Of a stretch of 64,000 nucleotides of DNA, positions 48,652-57,329 are shown one piece after another (position 1 is the stretch's first letter; each line of letters starts with the position of its first letter). Source of the DNA: Thermoproteota archaeon. Lineage in GTDB: Archaea > Korarchaeota > Korarchaeia > Korarchaeales > Korarchaeaceae. The notes below the pieces were generated by a model. The model ran no database searches. It was not told where the DNA came from and was given only the letters and a program-made list of their open reading frames with translations. The stretch is from assembly GCA_027492205.1 (NCBI GenBank), contig JAOZFN010000006.1, forward strand, positions 113,409 to 177,408, given 5' to 3'. The translations under genes were made by a program, and so were the position numbers.

Positions 48652-49875
48652 TCACCTCACCCTCCTGACCACGAGCTTGAACCCCTCGACCCCGACCACC
48701 TCGACGGCCTCCCCCTCCTCGATCCCCTCACCCGACTCCGATATGGCGGTCCAGAGCTCGGAGCCCACCAGGACGACGCCCTCTCCTCGGGACTCTATGG
48801 CCCTCTTGACGACGCCCCTCCTCCCGACCAGCTCGCTCAGGTCGCCCCAGACCCTCTTGAGCCTGAGGGTCTCCCTGATCTTGTACAGGTAGAACCCCAC
48901 TATCCCAGAGGCGACCACCGCGCCAGCCACGGCGGTCCCGACGCCGGCGCCGGCCGAGAGTAGGGGGCTCGACCTGTACACCATCATGAGGCCGATGGCC
49001 GTCATCGCGGCACCCGTGAGGGCCAGGACTCCGTGCCCGGTCTTCAGCTCCAGGAACATGGTGACCACGCCAGCCAGCATCAGGGCAGCGGCGGCCAGGC
49101 CGACGCCCATCAGGCCCATCCCTGCCAGCCCGAGGACCAGCATGCCCGTCCCAACGCCCTCCATGACGAAGGTCGGGTGGGATAGGCCCGCAAGCAGCAG
49201 GAGCCCGCCGAGGATCACCAGGGCCCACGCGTGGAGGGGCTCGGTTATCAGGATCACGATGGACGTCCTCGGGCTGGGCCTGACCTCCTCGGCCGGCGCG
49301 GGCCAGCCGATCTCCACCAGGAACTCGTCGAGGCTGTCTGCCACGTGCTCGATCACCCCGAGCTGGAGGGCCTCCTCGGCCGAGAGGGCCAGGTTCTCCG
49401 TGACGAAGGCCTCAGCAGCCGTGGCGTTCCTGCCCGCGCTCTTCGCGAGGCTCCTGAGCCAGCTCGCCACCGCGTTGGCCACCTTCTCGTCGTAGGGCCT
49501 CGGCTCCGCGGCGCCCACGGCGGACCCCGGCCCCATTCCGGCGTGGTCGGCGGCCATGAGGATGATGCTGCCGGCGGAGAAGGCCCTCCCGCCCGGCGGC
49601 ACGTAGACCGCCACCGGGACCTCCGACTCCCTGATCGCGAGCACTATGTCCTGGGTGGCCTCCAGGAACCCGCCGTTCGTGTTGAGCGAGATCACCACGC
49701 CGGTCGCGTCGACGGACTCGGCGTAGTCCAGGGCCTCTCGGATGTAGTCGGCCACGCCCTGGGTTATGGTCCCGTCCACCGTCACTCGGACAACCACCCC
49801 ACGGGCGGGTTCGAGGGCGGCGACGGCCGCGGGGGTCAGGAGTAGAAGGAGCGCGAGAGCCAGGCTCTTGGTCAT
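48652..49875 (-). CDS. nfeD: NfeD family membrane serine protease
   Basis: NTNGG, AFSAG and GAAEP motifs; TM region; C-terminal OB (GELW-like) domain; paired with stomatin. Confidence 0.9.
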   Translation of the reverse strand: MTKSLALALLLLLTPAAVAALEPARGVVVRVTVDGTITQGVADYIREALDYAESVDATGVVISLNTNGGFLEATQDIVLAIRESEVPVAVYVPPGGRAFSAGSIILMAADHAGMGPGSAVGAAEPRPYDEKVANAVASWLRSLAKSAGRNATAAEAFVTENLALSAEEALQLGVIEHVADSLDEFLVEIGWPAPAEEVRPSPRTSIVILITEPLHAWALVILGGLLLLAGLSHPTFVMEGVGTGMLVLGLAGMGLMGVGLAAAALMLAGVVTMFLELKTGHGVLALTGAAMTAIGLMMVYRSSPLLSAGAGVGTAVAGAVVASGIVGFYLYKIRETLRLKRVWGDLSELVGRRGVVKRAIESRGEGVVLVGSELWTAISESGEGIEEGEAVEVVGVEGFKLVVRRVR

Positions 49876-49921
49876 GGGGCAGCAGAAGGACCCCGCCAGG
49901 GGTAATAAACCTGACCCAGGG

Positions 49922-50497
49922 TCAGCCCCCTCCGGCCCGGAGGGGTATGGAGGCGAGCGTCTCGTATATCGGACCCTTGGGCGTTAGGGTGCTCTTCTTG
50001 AGCCTCATCTCCCTCACCTCGATCTCGCCGAAGTCCGTCGAGAGCAGGGACGACAGAACCCTCCTGAGGGACTCCCTGTCCCTCAGCCACTTGACCCTCG
50101 CGATGGTCAGGTGCGGGTGCGGCTCCCTGTCCTCTTTCGGGAACCCGAGGCGCCTCAGCCTGGAGTCCACCCACCTCATGAGCCTGACCAGCTCCTCCCT
50201 CCCCTCCTCGACGCCGACCCATATCACCCTGGGGCGCGACATGTTCGGAAAGGCCCCCACGCCGAAGAGCCTGGCCCTGAAGGGCGCGACATCGGGCCCC
50301 TCCAGGGCCCTCGCGATCTCGGGCACCAGGGCCTCGTCCACGCTGCCCAGGAACTTCAGGGTGATGTGCAGGTTCTCCAGCTCCACGGACTTCACCCCGT
50401 TGTCGGTCGCCTCTATCCCCCTCTGGACCTCCCCGATCTTCGCGGCTATCTGGGGGTCCACGAGGTCGACCGCCACGAAGGTCCTGATCCTCCCCAT
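49922..50497 (-). CDS. thpR: RNA 2',3'-cyclic phosphodiesterase (2H family)
   Basis: HITLKFLG and PHLTIAR 2H motifs; PRVIW; GPIY. Confidence 0.93.
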   Translation of the reverse strand: MGRIRTFVAVDLVDPQIAAKIGEVQRGIEATDNGVKSVELENLHITLKFLGSVDEALVPEIARALEGPDVAPFRARLFGVGAFPNMSRPRVIWVGVEEGREELVRLMRWVDSRLRRLGFPKEDREPHPHLTIARVKWLRDRESLRRVLSSLLSTDFGEIEVREMRLKKSTLTPKGPIYETLASIPLRAGGG

Positions 50498-50608
50498 GGC
50501 GGACCCCGGCCGCGAGGGGGCGAGCCGATATAAGGAGGGGGTGAGGAGTCGCCGTGCGCGAGTCAGTTATATACTTCTTGAGTCCCCCAACGCTCCAGGA
50601 GGTAGCCC

Positions 50609-51565
50609 GTGAATACGAGACGCGGATCCGGGGGCGCGGAGATAACTAGGCTGGAGCTGGAGGAGTTCTTACTCGGCGTGCTCTCCGACCAGGGCCCCTG
50701 GATCCTCGACCCCCACGAGCCGTCGACCTTCAGGTTCCAGAGAGAGCTGGAGCCGGGCGGGCTCATCGTCGGCCTCCTGCTGGCGGTCGGCAGGGGCGGA
50801 GCGGAGGGGGGCTCTGGCGGGAGGGTCGCCCCCTTGGTCTTCTACAGGGACAAGGACGGCTGGTACGCCTCCGTGGGTTTCGAGGCGCTCCACGGCTGGG
50901 CCGGCTACTACCTAGCCAGGAGGGTGACCGACTCGCCCGAGCTCATGCTCTTCCCTAGCGAGGTCCTCCGGGACCTGTCGGAGAGGGCCAGGTGGCTCCC
51001 CTCCACCGGCGCCAAGATCGAGGACCCGAGCGGCCTCACCCCCCGGCTGTCCGGGTTCGACGAGGCCGACTCGAGGTGGGTCCGGTCTGTCCTGAGGAGG
51101 TTGATCGAGCTCGGCGTGGTCAGGGACGAGGGCGTGAGGGTGGAGGCCAGCCTGTCCTTGGTGCTGGGCAGGTGGTCCGCGGAGGAGTTCAGGCGGGACT
51201 ACGGGCTCTCGGCCGAGTTCACCGATCGCGTCGAGACGGCGGCCCGGAGGGGGGCCGGCCGCGCCGCGGCGTCCGGCATCTCGGAGTTCGTCCTCGTCGG
51301 CATGTTAGATTTCGAGGCAGACCGAGGCGGGGACAGGGTGGGCGTGCTGGCCGAGGTCTCTCTGAGGGGGGTTGGCTTCGAGCTGAAGGGCGAGCTGCCC
51401 GGCCAGCCGAGGATGGTCGAGAGGAGGGTCACGCTGGGCACCTCCAAGCTCGATCTGCTGCCTTCCAGCGGAGAGGAGCTCGATGAGTGGCTGGGCGAGC
51501 TGAGGAAGGCCATCAGGCGCATCTTGGTCACCTCCCTAGAGAGCGACATAGCCCCGACCGCCTGA
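50609..51565 (+). CDS. Hypothetical protein
   Basis: 318-aa ORF with host-like codon usage; TTATATA at ~50567. Confidence 0.65.
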   Translation: MNTRRGSGGAEITRLELEEFLLGVLSDQGPWILDPHEPSTFRFQRELEPGGLIVGLLLAVGRGGAEGGSGGRVAPLVFYRDKDGWYASVGFEALHGWAGYYLARRVTDSPELMLFPSEVLRDLSERARWLPSTGAKIEDPSGLTPRLSGFDEADSRWVRSVLRRLIELGVVRDEGVRVEASLSLVLGRWSAEEFRRDYGLSAEFTDRVETAARRGAGRAAASGISEFVLVGMLDFEADRGGDRVGVLAEVSLRGVGFELKGELPGQPRMVERRVTLGTSKLDLLPSSGEELDEWLGELRKAIRRILVTSLESDIAPTA

Positions 51566-51813
51566 ATTCGGCCGAGGGGGCGGCCAAATCTCGACCCGTC
51601 TCGACCGGAGTGCTCCTCAACGTGCCCATCTCGGGGGGAGGGGATAGGGGGGTCCCCCCTATGTCGATACGGTCTCGTTGGAAATCCATTTTGGCAAGAA
51701 AAGACAGTATTTGACCGCTCCGTTCCGGATTTGGCCGAGCCAGGCGCTGTAACATCAAGTTTTTATTGCCCTACTTTGGCGCTTCAACGTGCGGACGACG
51801 GAGGTGATGCCCC

Positions 51814-52200
51814 ATGCCTGAGGCCTTTGAGTTCCACGTGATTGGCGAGCTCAGGGGAGTCGACGAGAGCCTGCTCACCGACGAGGCCTTCGTGAGGGAC
51901 GCGCTGGTCAGGTCGGTGGTGGAGGCTGGCCTGACGCTCTTCGACGTCTACGTCCACCGCAGGGGCGAGGGGGTCATCGGCGTCGCGGTGATAGGCGAGA
52001 GCCACGTGGCGGTCCACACCTGGCCTGAGCACCGCGTCGTGACGGTCGAGGTCTCGTCTTGCAAGGACCCCGAGAGCACTTGGGAGGTCTTCGCCCTTCT
52101 CAGGGAGACGTTCGGAGCCGAGTCCTACAGCGCGGTGGACCTGAGAAGCGGGATAGCCCTCATGGAGAGCCTTAAGGGGGCGGCCGGGGCCACGGCCTGA
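51814..52200 (+). CDS. speH: Pyruvoyl-dependent S-adenosylmethionine (or arginine) decarboxylase proenzyme
   Basis: Intact GESHVAVHTWPE cleavage motif and SSC cysteine. Confidence 0.85.
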   Translation: MPEAFEFHVIGELRGVDESLLTDEAFVRDALVRSVVEAGLTLFDVYVHRRGEGVIGVAVIGESHVAVHTWPEHRVVTVEVSSCKDPESTWEVFALLRETFGAESYSAVDLRSGIALMESLKGAAGATA

Positions 52201-52287
52201 TCTGCGGGCACTCCGGCCCCAACCCAACCCGACTCGAGTGACCCCAGCCTCCGCTGAGGCTGTTTCATCGGTGCCCCGCACCTCTCA

Positions 52288-53115
52288 TCAGCCCTTTGGG
52301 GAGAACCTGATTATCCCCAAGCCGTTCTGCCTGTGGGCACCCACGCCCACCAGCTCCCCCAGCCTCAGGAGCCTGCTGGCCCAGGTGGACATCTCCTCGT
52401 GCTCCTTCGGGGACCAGTTGGGGTGCATTATGCACTTGTAGTGGGCCCAGCCGACGAACCCAACCACGTTCTCCCCGCTTACCTCTATCGGCCTCGATGT
52501 GCAGAGCTCGTGGCCGGTCTCCACGACGCTCAGCCTAGCCCAGGACACCATGTCCCTGACCCTCGGCCCGTCCTCCCTGAGCCTGTTCCAGCTGCTCGCT
52601 AGGCTGTGGATCAGCATGGAGGGGAGCGGGAAGAGCCTGCAGTACGGCGTCGACTGCCTGCGGAACAGCGTGGGGGTGAGGAAGTTCACCCTGAAGGCCT
52701 TGACCGGCTCGTCGACGCATATCTCCTCCCATCCGAGCCTCTCGGCCTCCACGGAGCTGACCTCGAACTCCATGCCGGATAGCCTAACCCTCGGGCTCCT
52801 GGCCGCCCAGCTCCTGATCAGCGTGGAGGCCGCGTCGCTGAACGTCACCACCCTGGCCCTGTAGGTGGCTCCCCGCGATACGCCCACCGCCCGCTCGCTG
52901 CACTCAACCAGCGGCCGCAAGCCCGTGTACAGGGGAGACGCTATGATCTGACCCCTCGGCCCGGCCATCCTTATGGCCCTCGCCGTCAGCGGGTCGGCGG
53001 ACGACATGACCCTCAGGACGGCCCTCCTCAGCGGCTCCCCGGTGGCGGTCAGCTCTCCGTCCTCGTGGGCCGTGAGCTCCAGAAGGATCGTCCATATCGG
53101 CGGGGGTTGCCCCAA
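52288..53115 (-). CDS. cas6: CRISPR-associated endoribonuclease Cas6 (orphan in this window)
   Basis: FLTPTLFR, P.P..L..SL...WN, GFVG and C-terminal G-loop GVGAHRQNGLG. Confidence 0.85.
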   Translation of the reverse strand: MGQPPPIWTILLELTAHEDGELTATGEPLRRAVLRVMSSADPLTARAIRMAGPRGQIIASPLYTGLRPLVECSERAVGVSRGATYRARVVTFSDAASTLIRSWAARSPRVRLSGMEFEVSSVEAERLGWEEICVDEPVKAFRVNFLTPTLFRRQSTPYCRLFPLPSMLIHSLASSWNRLREDGPRVRDMVSWARLSVVETGHELCTSRPIEVSGENVVGFVGWAHYKCIMHPNWSPKEHEEMSTWASRLLRLGELVGVGAHRQNGLGIIRFSPKG

Positions 53116-53182
53116 ATTAGTTCACCCTCCGGAGGAGGCGGTGGGCAGCCCTTTCCATTAATCTTTTATCACCCGCCCCGCG

Positions 53183-53785
53183 TTGAGGAGCGTGCGGCGT
53201 CGCGTCCCCGGGGCCTACCGGTGCGTCATGCTGGTCGGCCTGCCGGGCTGCGGAAAGAGCGCGGTGGCCTCAATTTTGCGGGACGAGCTTGGATATGAGG
53301 TCATCGACATGAGCGACCTCGTAAAGGAGGAGGCGAGGAGGAGGGGCAGGGGGGTCGACAGGGAGAGCCTCAGGAAGACGGGCGAGGAGCTGAGGAGAGA
53401 GATGGGGAGGTCGGCCGTCGCCAAGCTCGCCCTGAGGAGGATAAGGGAGTTAGAGGCGAAGGCGGCGAGGCCGGGATACGTCGTCTCCGGGATCAGGAAC
53501 CAGGAGGAGGTGGACGAGATCAAGGCCGCCTTCGGCTCCGAGGCCGTCTGCGTGGCCATACACACGCCGAAGAGGCTACGGTACCTGAGGATGATCAGGA
53601 GGGGGAGGAGGGGGTTCGACGCCCCCACCCTGGAGGAGATGGAGAGGCAGGACAGGAGGGAGGTGGAGTTCTTCCGGATGGGCGAGCCCTTCATACTGGC
53701 CGACGAGCTGATAGTGAACTCGGGCTCCCTCGAGGAGCTGAGGTCGAGGGCCCTGGCAGTGGTCCTCAAGATACCGGGGGGCTGA
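53183..53785 (+). CDS. P-loop nucleotide kinase (UPF0200/dephospho-CoA kinase-like)
   Basis: GLPGCGKS, GIRN.EE, RY.R...R.R, D.RE and N.GSLEE motifs; start may lie slightly downstream. Confidence 0.85.
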   Translation: MRSVRRRVPGAYRCVMLVGLPGCGKSAVASILRDELGYEVIDMSDLVKEEARRRGRGVDRESLRKTGEELRREMGRSAVAKLALRRIRELEAKAARPGYVVSGIRNQEEVDEIKAAFGSEAVCVAIHTPKRLRYLRMIRRGRRGFDAPTLEEMERQDRREVEFFRMGEPFILADELIVNSGSLEELRSRALAVVLKIPGG

Positions 53786-53807
53786 CCCCGCCCGCCCTCC
53801 CCTCCCC

Positions 53808-54899
53808 TCAGCTCACCGACCTCCACCTCAGGCCCAGCCGGTCGGCCTCCTCCCTCGCCCTAACGATCTCCTCCCTGGTGGGGCGGCGGGCTATCTCGGG
53901 GAACCCGTGCGCCCGGTACTCCGGCCTGTACTGATCCATCACGTTCACCAGCGCCCCCGGGGTGTTGTCGGCTATCCACCTGAGTATCGGCACCGTGCAG
54001 CAGTCCACGTGCCTGGGCATGACGAGGTGGCGGACCACCATCTCCGGCCAGTGGTCATACGCCATCCTGATGTTCCTCGTCACGACCTCCCTGTACCTGG
54101 GGGCGGAGCTGTACTTGAGGGCGTGTGAGTCGTCCCAGTACTTGAAGTCCGGCAGCCAGAGGTCTATCACTCCAAGGAGGAGCTCTGTTGCCCTCTCGCT
54201 CATGTACATGTTGGAGTTCCACACGACGGGCACGCTCACCCTGGTCAGCCTCAGCGCCTCGAGTATCCAGGGCAGGTTCGGCGTCGGCTCACCCCCGACG
54301 AGGTTGACGTTCCTCGCGCCCCTCTCCCTCAGGGCCTCGAACAGGGACGCCAGGTAAGGGGCGTCGACGGGCCTGCCGGAATCCGGCTCTTGGGAGATGT
54401 CCCAGTTCTGGCAGAAGACACACCTGAAGTTACAGCCGGAGAAGAAGACCGTCCCCGAGGGGGTTATGGGGGCCTCCTCACCCATGTGGATGAAGGCGGA
54501 GGCCACCCTCGGCGCTCCCCCCACGCCGCAGACCCCGACAAGGCCGGAGAGCCTGTCCACCCCGCAACCCCTCTCGCAGAGCGTGCAGGGGCTCGCCAGC
54601 TCCCTGGCCAGCCTGACCTTCAGGTCGAGGAGGCTGAACTCAGGCCTCTCCGGCAGGGGCGAGCCCGAGTCGACCTCCCTGATCAGGTCCCTGAGTTCCC
54701 CGACGAGGGCCCGGTGCTCCTCCCATGCGCGCTCTCCTGAGAGACCAGAAGGAGCCTTCAGCCTCTTGGCTAGGACGAACTGGGCCTTGACCTCACCCCT
54801 GGCGGCCTTAACGTACCGGGGGAGCGCCTCGAGTATCTCACGGTCGCGAAACGCCATCGCCGCGTCTGGGCGGAGGACCCACCAGCCGGCAACCTCCAA
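53808..54899 (-). CDS. Radical SAM protein, PflX-like
   Basis: CTLCERGC, HMGEE, GCNFRCVFCQN, GGEPTP, WNSNMY, DFKY and RHLVMP motifs. Confidence 0.9.
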   Translation of the reverse strand: MEVAGWWVLRPDAAMAFRDREILEALPRYVKAARGEVKAQFVLAKRLKAPSGLSGERAWEEHRALVGELRDLIREVDSGSPLPERPEFSLLDLKVRLARELASPCTLCERGCGVDRLSGLVGVCGVGGAPRVASAFIHMGEEAPITPSGTVFFSGCNFRCVFCQNWDISQEPDSGRPVDAPYLASLFEALRERGARNVNLVGGEPTPNLPWILEALRLTRVSVPVVWNSNMYMSERATELLLGVIDLWLPDFKYWDDSHALKYSSAPRYREVVTRNIRMAYDHWPEMVVRHLVMPRHVDCCTVPILRWIADNTPGALVNVMDQYRPEYRAHGFPEIARRPTREEIVRAREEADRLGLRWRSVS

Positions 54900-54931
54900 A
54901 CAGACACCCTCTCTCCCTCAGCCGTCCACGC

Positions 54932-55146
54932 GAGAGAAAACCGAGGGGCCGGGGGAGGTTCCCCCCCGGGCGGACGACGGAGGCGACCCCCCGGAGGGCC
55001 GCCGGCGGCCCTCAAAGAGGGCCGTGTCCTGTGCGGGGTGACCCCGCAGAGGAGGGGGCCAATGGTGGGCCCCCTTCACCCCCGAGGGGGCAGCGTGCGC
55101 TAGCCGCCCCTGTGGGGCTGCGGGCCCTGCAGGCCGCCGACGGCCC
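54932..55146 (-). ncRNA. Putative ~210-nt structured non-coding RNA of unknown class
   Basis: TATA box TTTATTA 23 nt upstream; 15-bp closing stem with a U-G pair on this strand; several internal GC hairpins; terminal hairpin plus UUUUCUCUC. Confidence 0.65.
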
Positions 55147-55250
55147 GTGTAATGTAGGGCCGAAGGGGGTAATAAAGGCTCCGGGGGGTCCCCCGCAGTT
55201 GGGTTAATTCTTTTTGCGACCCACGGGTGATGGGCTGAGGGGTCTCGGCG

Positions 55251-56132
55251 TTGGAGCTTGACAGGGTGAGGTTCGGGCCAGCGGGCTTCCCGATAGACGC
55301 CAGCAGGCAGGAGGCCTTCAAGTACCTCAAGAAGATCGGGCTCGACGCGATGGAGTATCAGGCGGTCCGCTCCGTCCCCAAGAAGGAGGAGACCCTGCGC
55401 GCCATCGGGGAGGATGCCGAGGAGCACGGGATTCTGCTGACTCTCCACGCCCCCTACGCCCTGAACCTGTCCGCTGAGGACGAGAAGAAGAGAGAGGGGA
55501 GCATAGAGAGGCTGTTCAGGGCCTGCCGGGCCGCCCACGTCATGGGCGCAAAGCACGTCACCTTCCACCCGGGATACTATGGGGGCCTCGACCCCGCAGA
55601 GGCCTTGGAGAGGACGGTCGACGCCATAGAGCGCGTGATCGCCATGATGAGGGAAGCCGGCTTCGTGGTCGAGCTCGGACCCGAGACCACGGGGAAGCCC
55701 TCTCAGGTGGGCTCCCTGGAGGAGGTCATAGACCTGGCCCAGAGGTTCGACGAGGTCTGGCCCACGGTGGACTTCGCCCACCTCCACGCCAGGGAGGGAG
55801 GCTCGATCAAGGGGAGGGGGGACTACGCCCGGATACTTGACCGCCTGGAGGAGGGCCTGGGGACGCTGGACGGTCTCGTCATCCACTTCTCCGAGATAGA
55901 GATGACCAAGTCGGGCGTCGGGGAGAAGATGCACCACGACCTGGGCTCCGGATACGGGCCGGACTTCGAGCCCCTCGCGCGGGAGATGGCCGAGAGGGGC
56001 GTCAAGTGGGTCGTGATCTGCGAGACCCCCCTCCTCGAGAGGGACGCCTTAAAGATGAAGGAGATCTACGAGAGGGTCTCCGGAGCCCGCCCCCTGGGGC
56101 GAGCGAGAGGCCGGAGACGGAGGCGGCGCTGA
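55251..56132 (+). CDS. nfo: Endonuclease IV (AP endonuclease)
   Basis: RFGPAG, HAPY.LNLS, FHPGYY, PETTGK..QVG, DFAHLHAR, HFS and ICETP motifs. Confidence 0.9.
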   Translation: MELDRVRFGPAGFPIDASRQEAFKYLKKIGLDAMEYQAVRSVPKKEETLRAIGEDAEEHGILLTLHAPYALNLSAEDEKKREGSIERLFRACRAAHVMGAKHVTFHPGYYGGLDPAEALERTVDAIERVIAMMREAGFVVELGPETTGKPSQVGSLEEVIDLAQRFDEVWPTVDFAHLHAREGGSIKGRGDYARILDRLEEGLGTLDGLVIHFSEIEMTKSGVGEKMHHDLGSGYGPDFEPLAREMAERGVKWVVICETPLLERDALKMKEIYERVSGARPLGRARGRRRRRR

Positions 56133-56169
56133 TCGACCGCCTCCCCGGATCCTCCCCAACGCCTCGAAG

Positions 56170-56930
56170 TAAACCATCGGTCCGATCACCGATTGGCGTC
56201 GTCAGAGAGGCCACGTTGGGAATCGGGAGCATGGCCACAAGCCACACGTAGCTGGCCGAGGCTCCGGCGAGCAGCGCGAGCACGGGGACCTTCGCCCTCC
56301 TGACCCCCAGGAGAAGCGTGGTGTTCCGGACACCCGCTAGCCCGTCGACCTCGAAGTCCTTATCTGCTGCGAGAGCTGGCTGGCCATGGAGAAGAGGGCG
56401 ACCATCACGGCCATCGCCAGGAGCGTGGCGTCGAGGGGCTGAACACAAGGAAGGCCTCGGGAGCCGCGGGACCCCCAGGGTGGCGTGGGACAACAGGTCC
56501 AAGATCGGGACGGCCTTCAGCCTGATCCTGCGCCAGGAGTAGGCCGCGGAGTTGGCCGAGAAGAGGGAGCCGGAGATCAGAGACTCCATGCCTATGGCGG
56601 CCATCAGGGCGAGTCCCGCGGCCAGAAACGCAGGGCGATCGCGTAGCCTGCCCTCCTGCTCACCAGTCCGGCTGACACGGGGTTTCTCTCGCCCTTTACC
56701 GGTCGAAGGCGTCGTCGGCGTCCTCCACGGCGTTGAGTGAGTACGCGAAGGCCGCGTACAGGAGGTTCGCCGCGTAGGCGAGGAGAGCCCTCAGGCTCAG
56801 AAGGAGGCCCGGGGCCCGACCTCGATCACAGGGAACACGAGCGTTAGCTGGATGACGTACTCTCTGGCCCTGGACAGGCTCAAGGCCGCCGAGAACACCC
56901 TTGTTACAGGAGCGATCACGTCGAGCACCT
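56170..56930 (-). pseudogene. UbiA-family prenyltransferase pseudogene
   Basis: Fragments in different frames: AFAYSLNAVEDADD, RNPVSAGLVS, AYSW..IRLKAVPILDLLSH, DFEVDGLAGVRNT; boundaries approximate. Confidence 0.65.
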
Positions 56931-57140
56931 CACGCGCACGGCCAGGGTCCTGGGTTTCACACATACGACGACCCCCTCATCCCGAGCGCCGCGCGGCCCA
57001 TGAAACCCCCACCAGAACCTTCTTCGAGGCAAGCAGACTCCTTTTTGGCTCCCTCAACTCCGCCAGCCCATTATGCCGGTTCTCCACTTCCCTGAAGATC
57101 AAGCCGTATACTACCTCCGGGACCAGACTCACGGGGGTGT

Positions 57141-57300
57141 GTGGCCTCCTCTAATGCCTGCGGGAGGTGTGCCTCCCTGGTAAGGGCGCTGGGCGTGGAG
57201 GTGATTGCCCCCAGCACGGGGCCATAATGGGGGGGGGACAACGTGCAGAGGTCTGGGCCGGCTGGAGAGCCTGGAGTGCGGCGTCGACCTGCTCCGACGC
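57141..57300 (+). pseudogene. C-terminal remnant of an ODP/flavodiiron-like MBL-fold protein
   Basis: Stitched across frameshifts: VASSNAC..CASLVRALGVEVIAP/QHGAIM..DNVQR/LGRLESLECGVDLL. Confidence 0.5.
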
Positions 57301-57329
57301 TCTCACAGTCCACAGGGAGACTCCGGCGG

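Noticed and set aside
51566-53180. CRISPR array near cas6
   Set aside because: No regularly spaced direct repeats were seen here or elsewhere in the window.
54932-55146. RNase P RNA, SRP RNA, 5S rRNA or tRNA as identity of the structured element
   Set aside because: No GAGGAA.UCC/ACAGAA P4 strands, no SRP helix-8 GGAA/AGCA motif, no T-loop and no 5S consensus.
54918-55937. 339-aa minus-strand ORF covering the ncRNA candidate
   Set aside because: Mostly the antisense shadow of endonuclease IV with a low-complexity tail.
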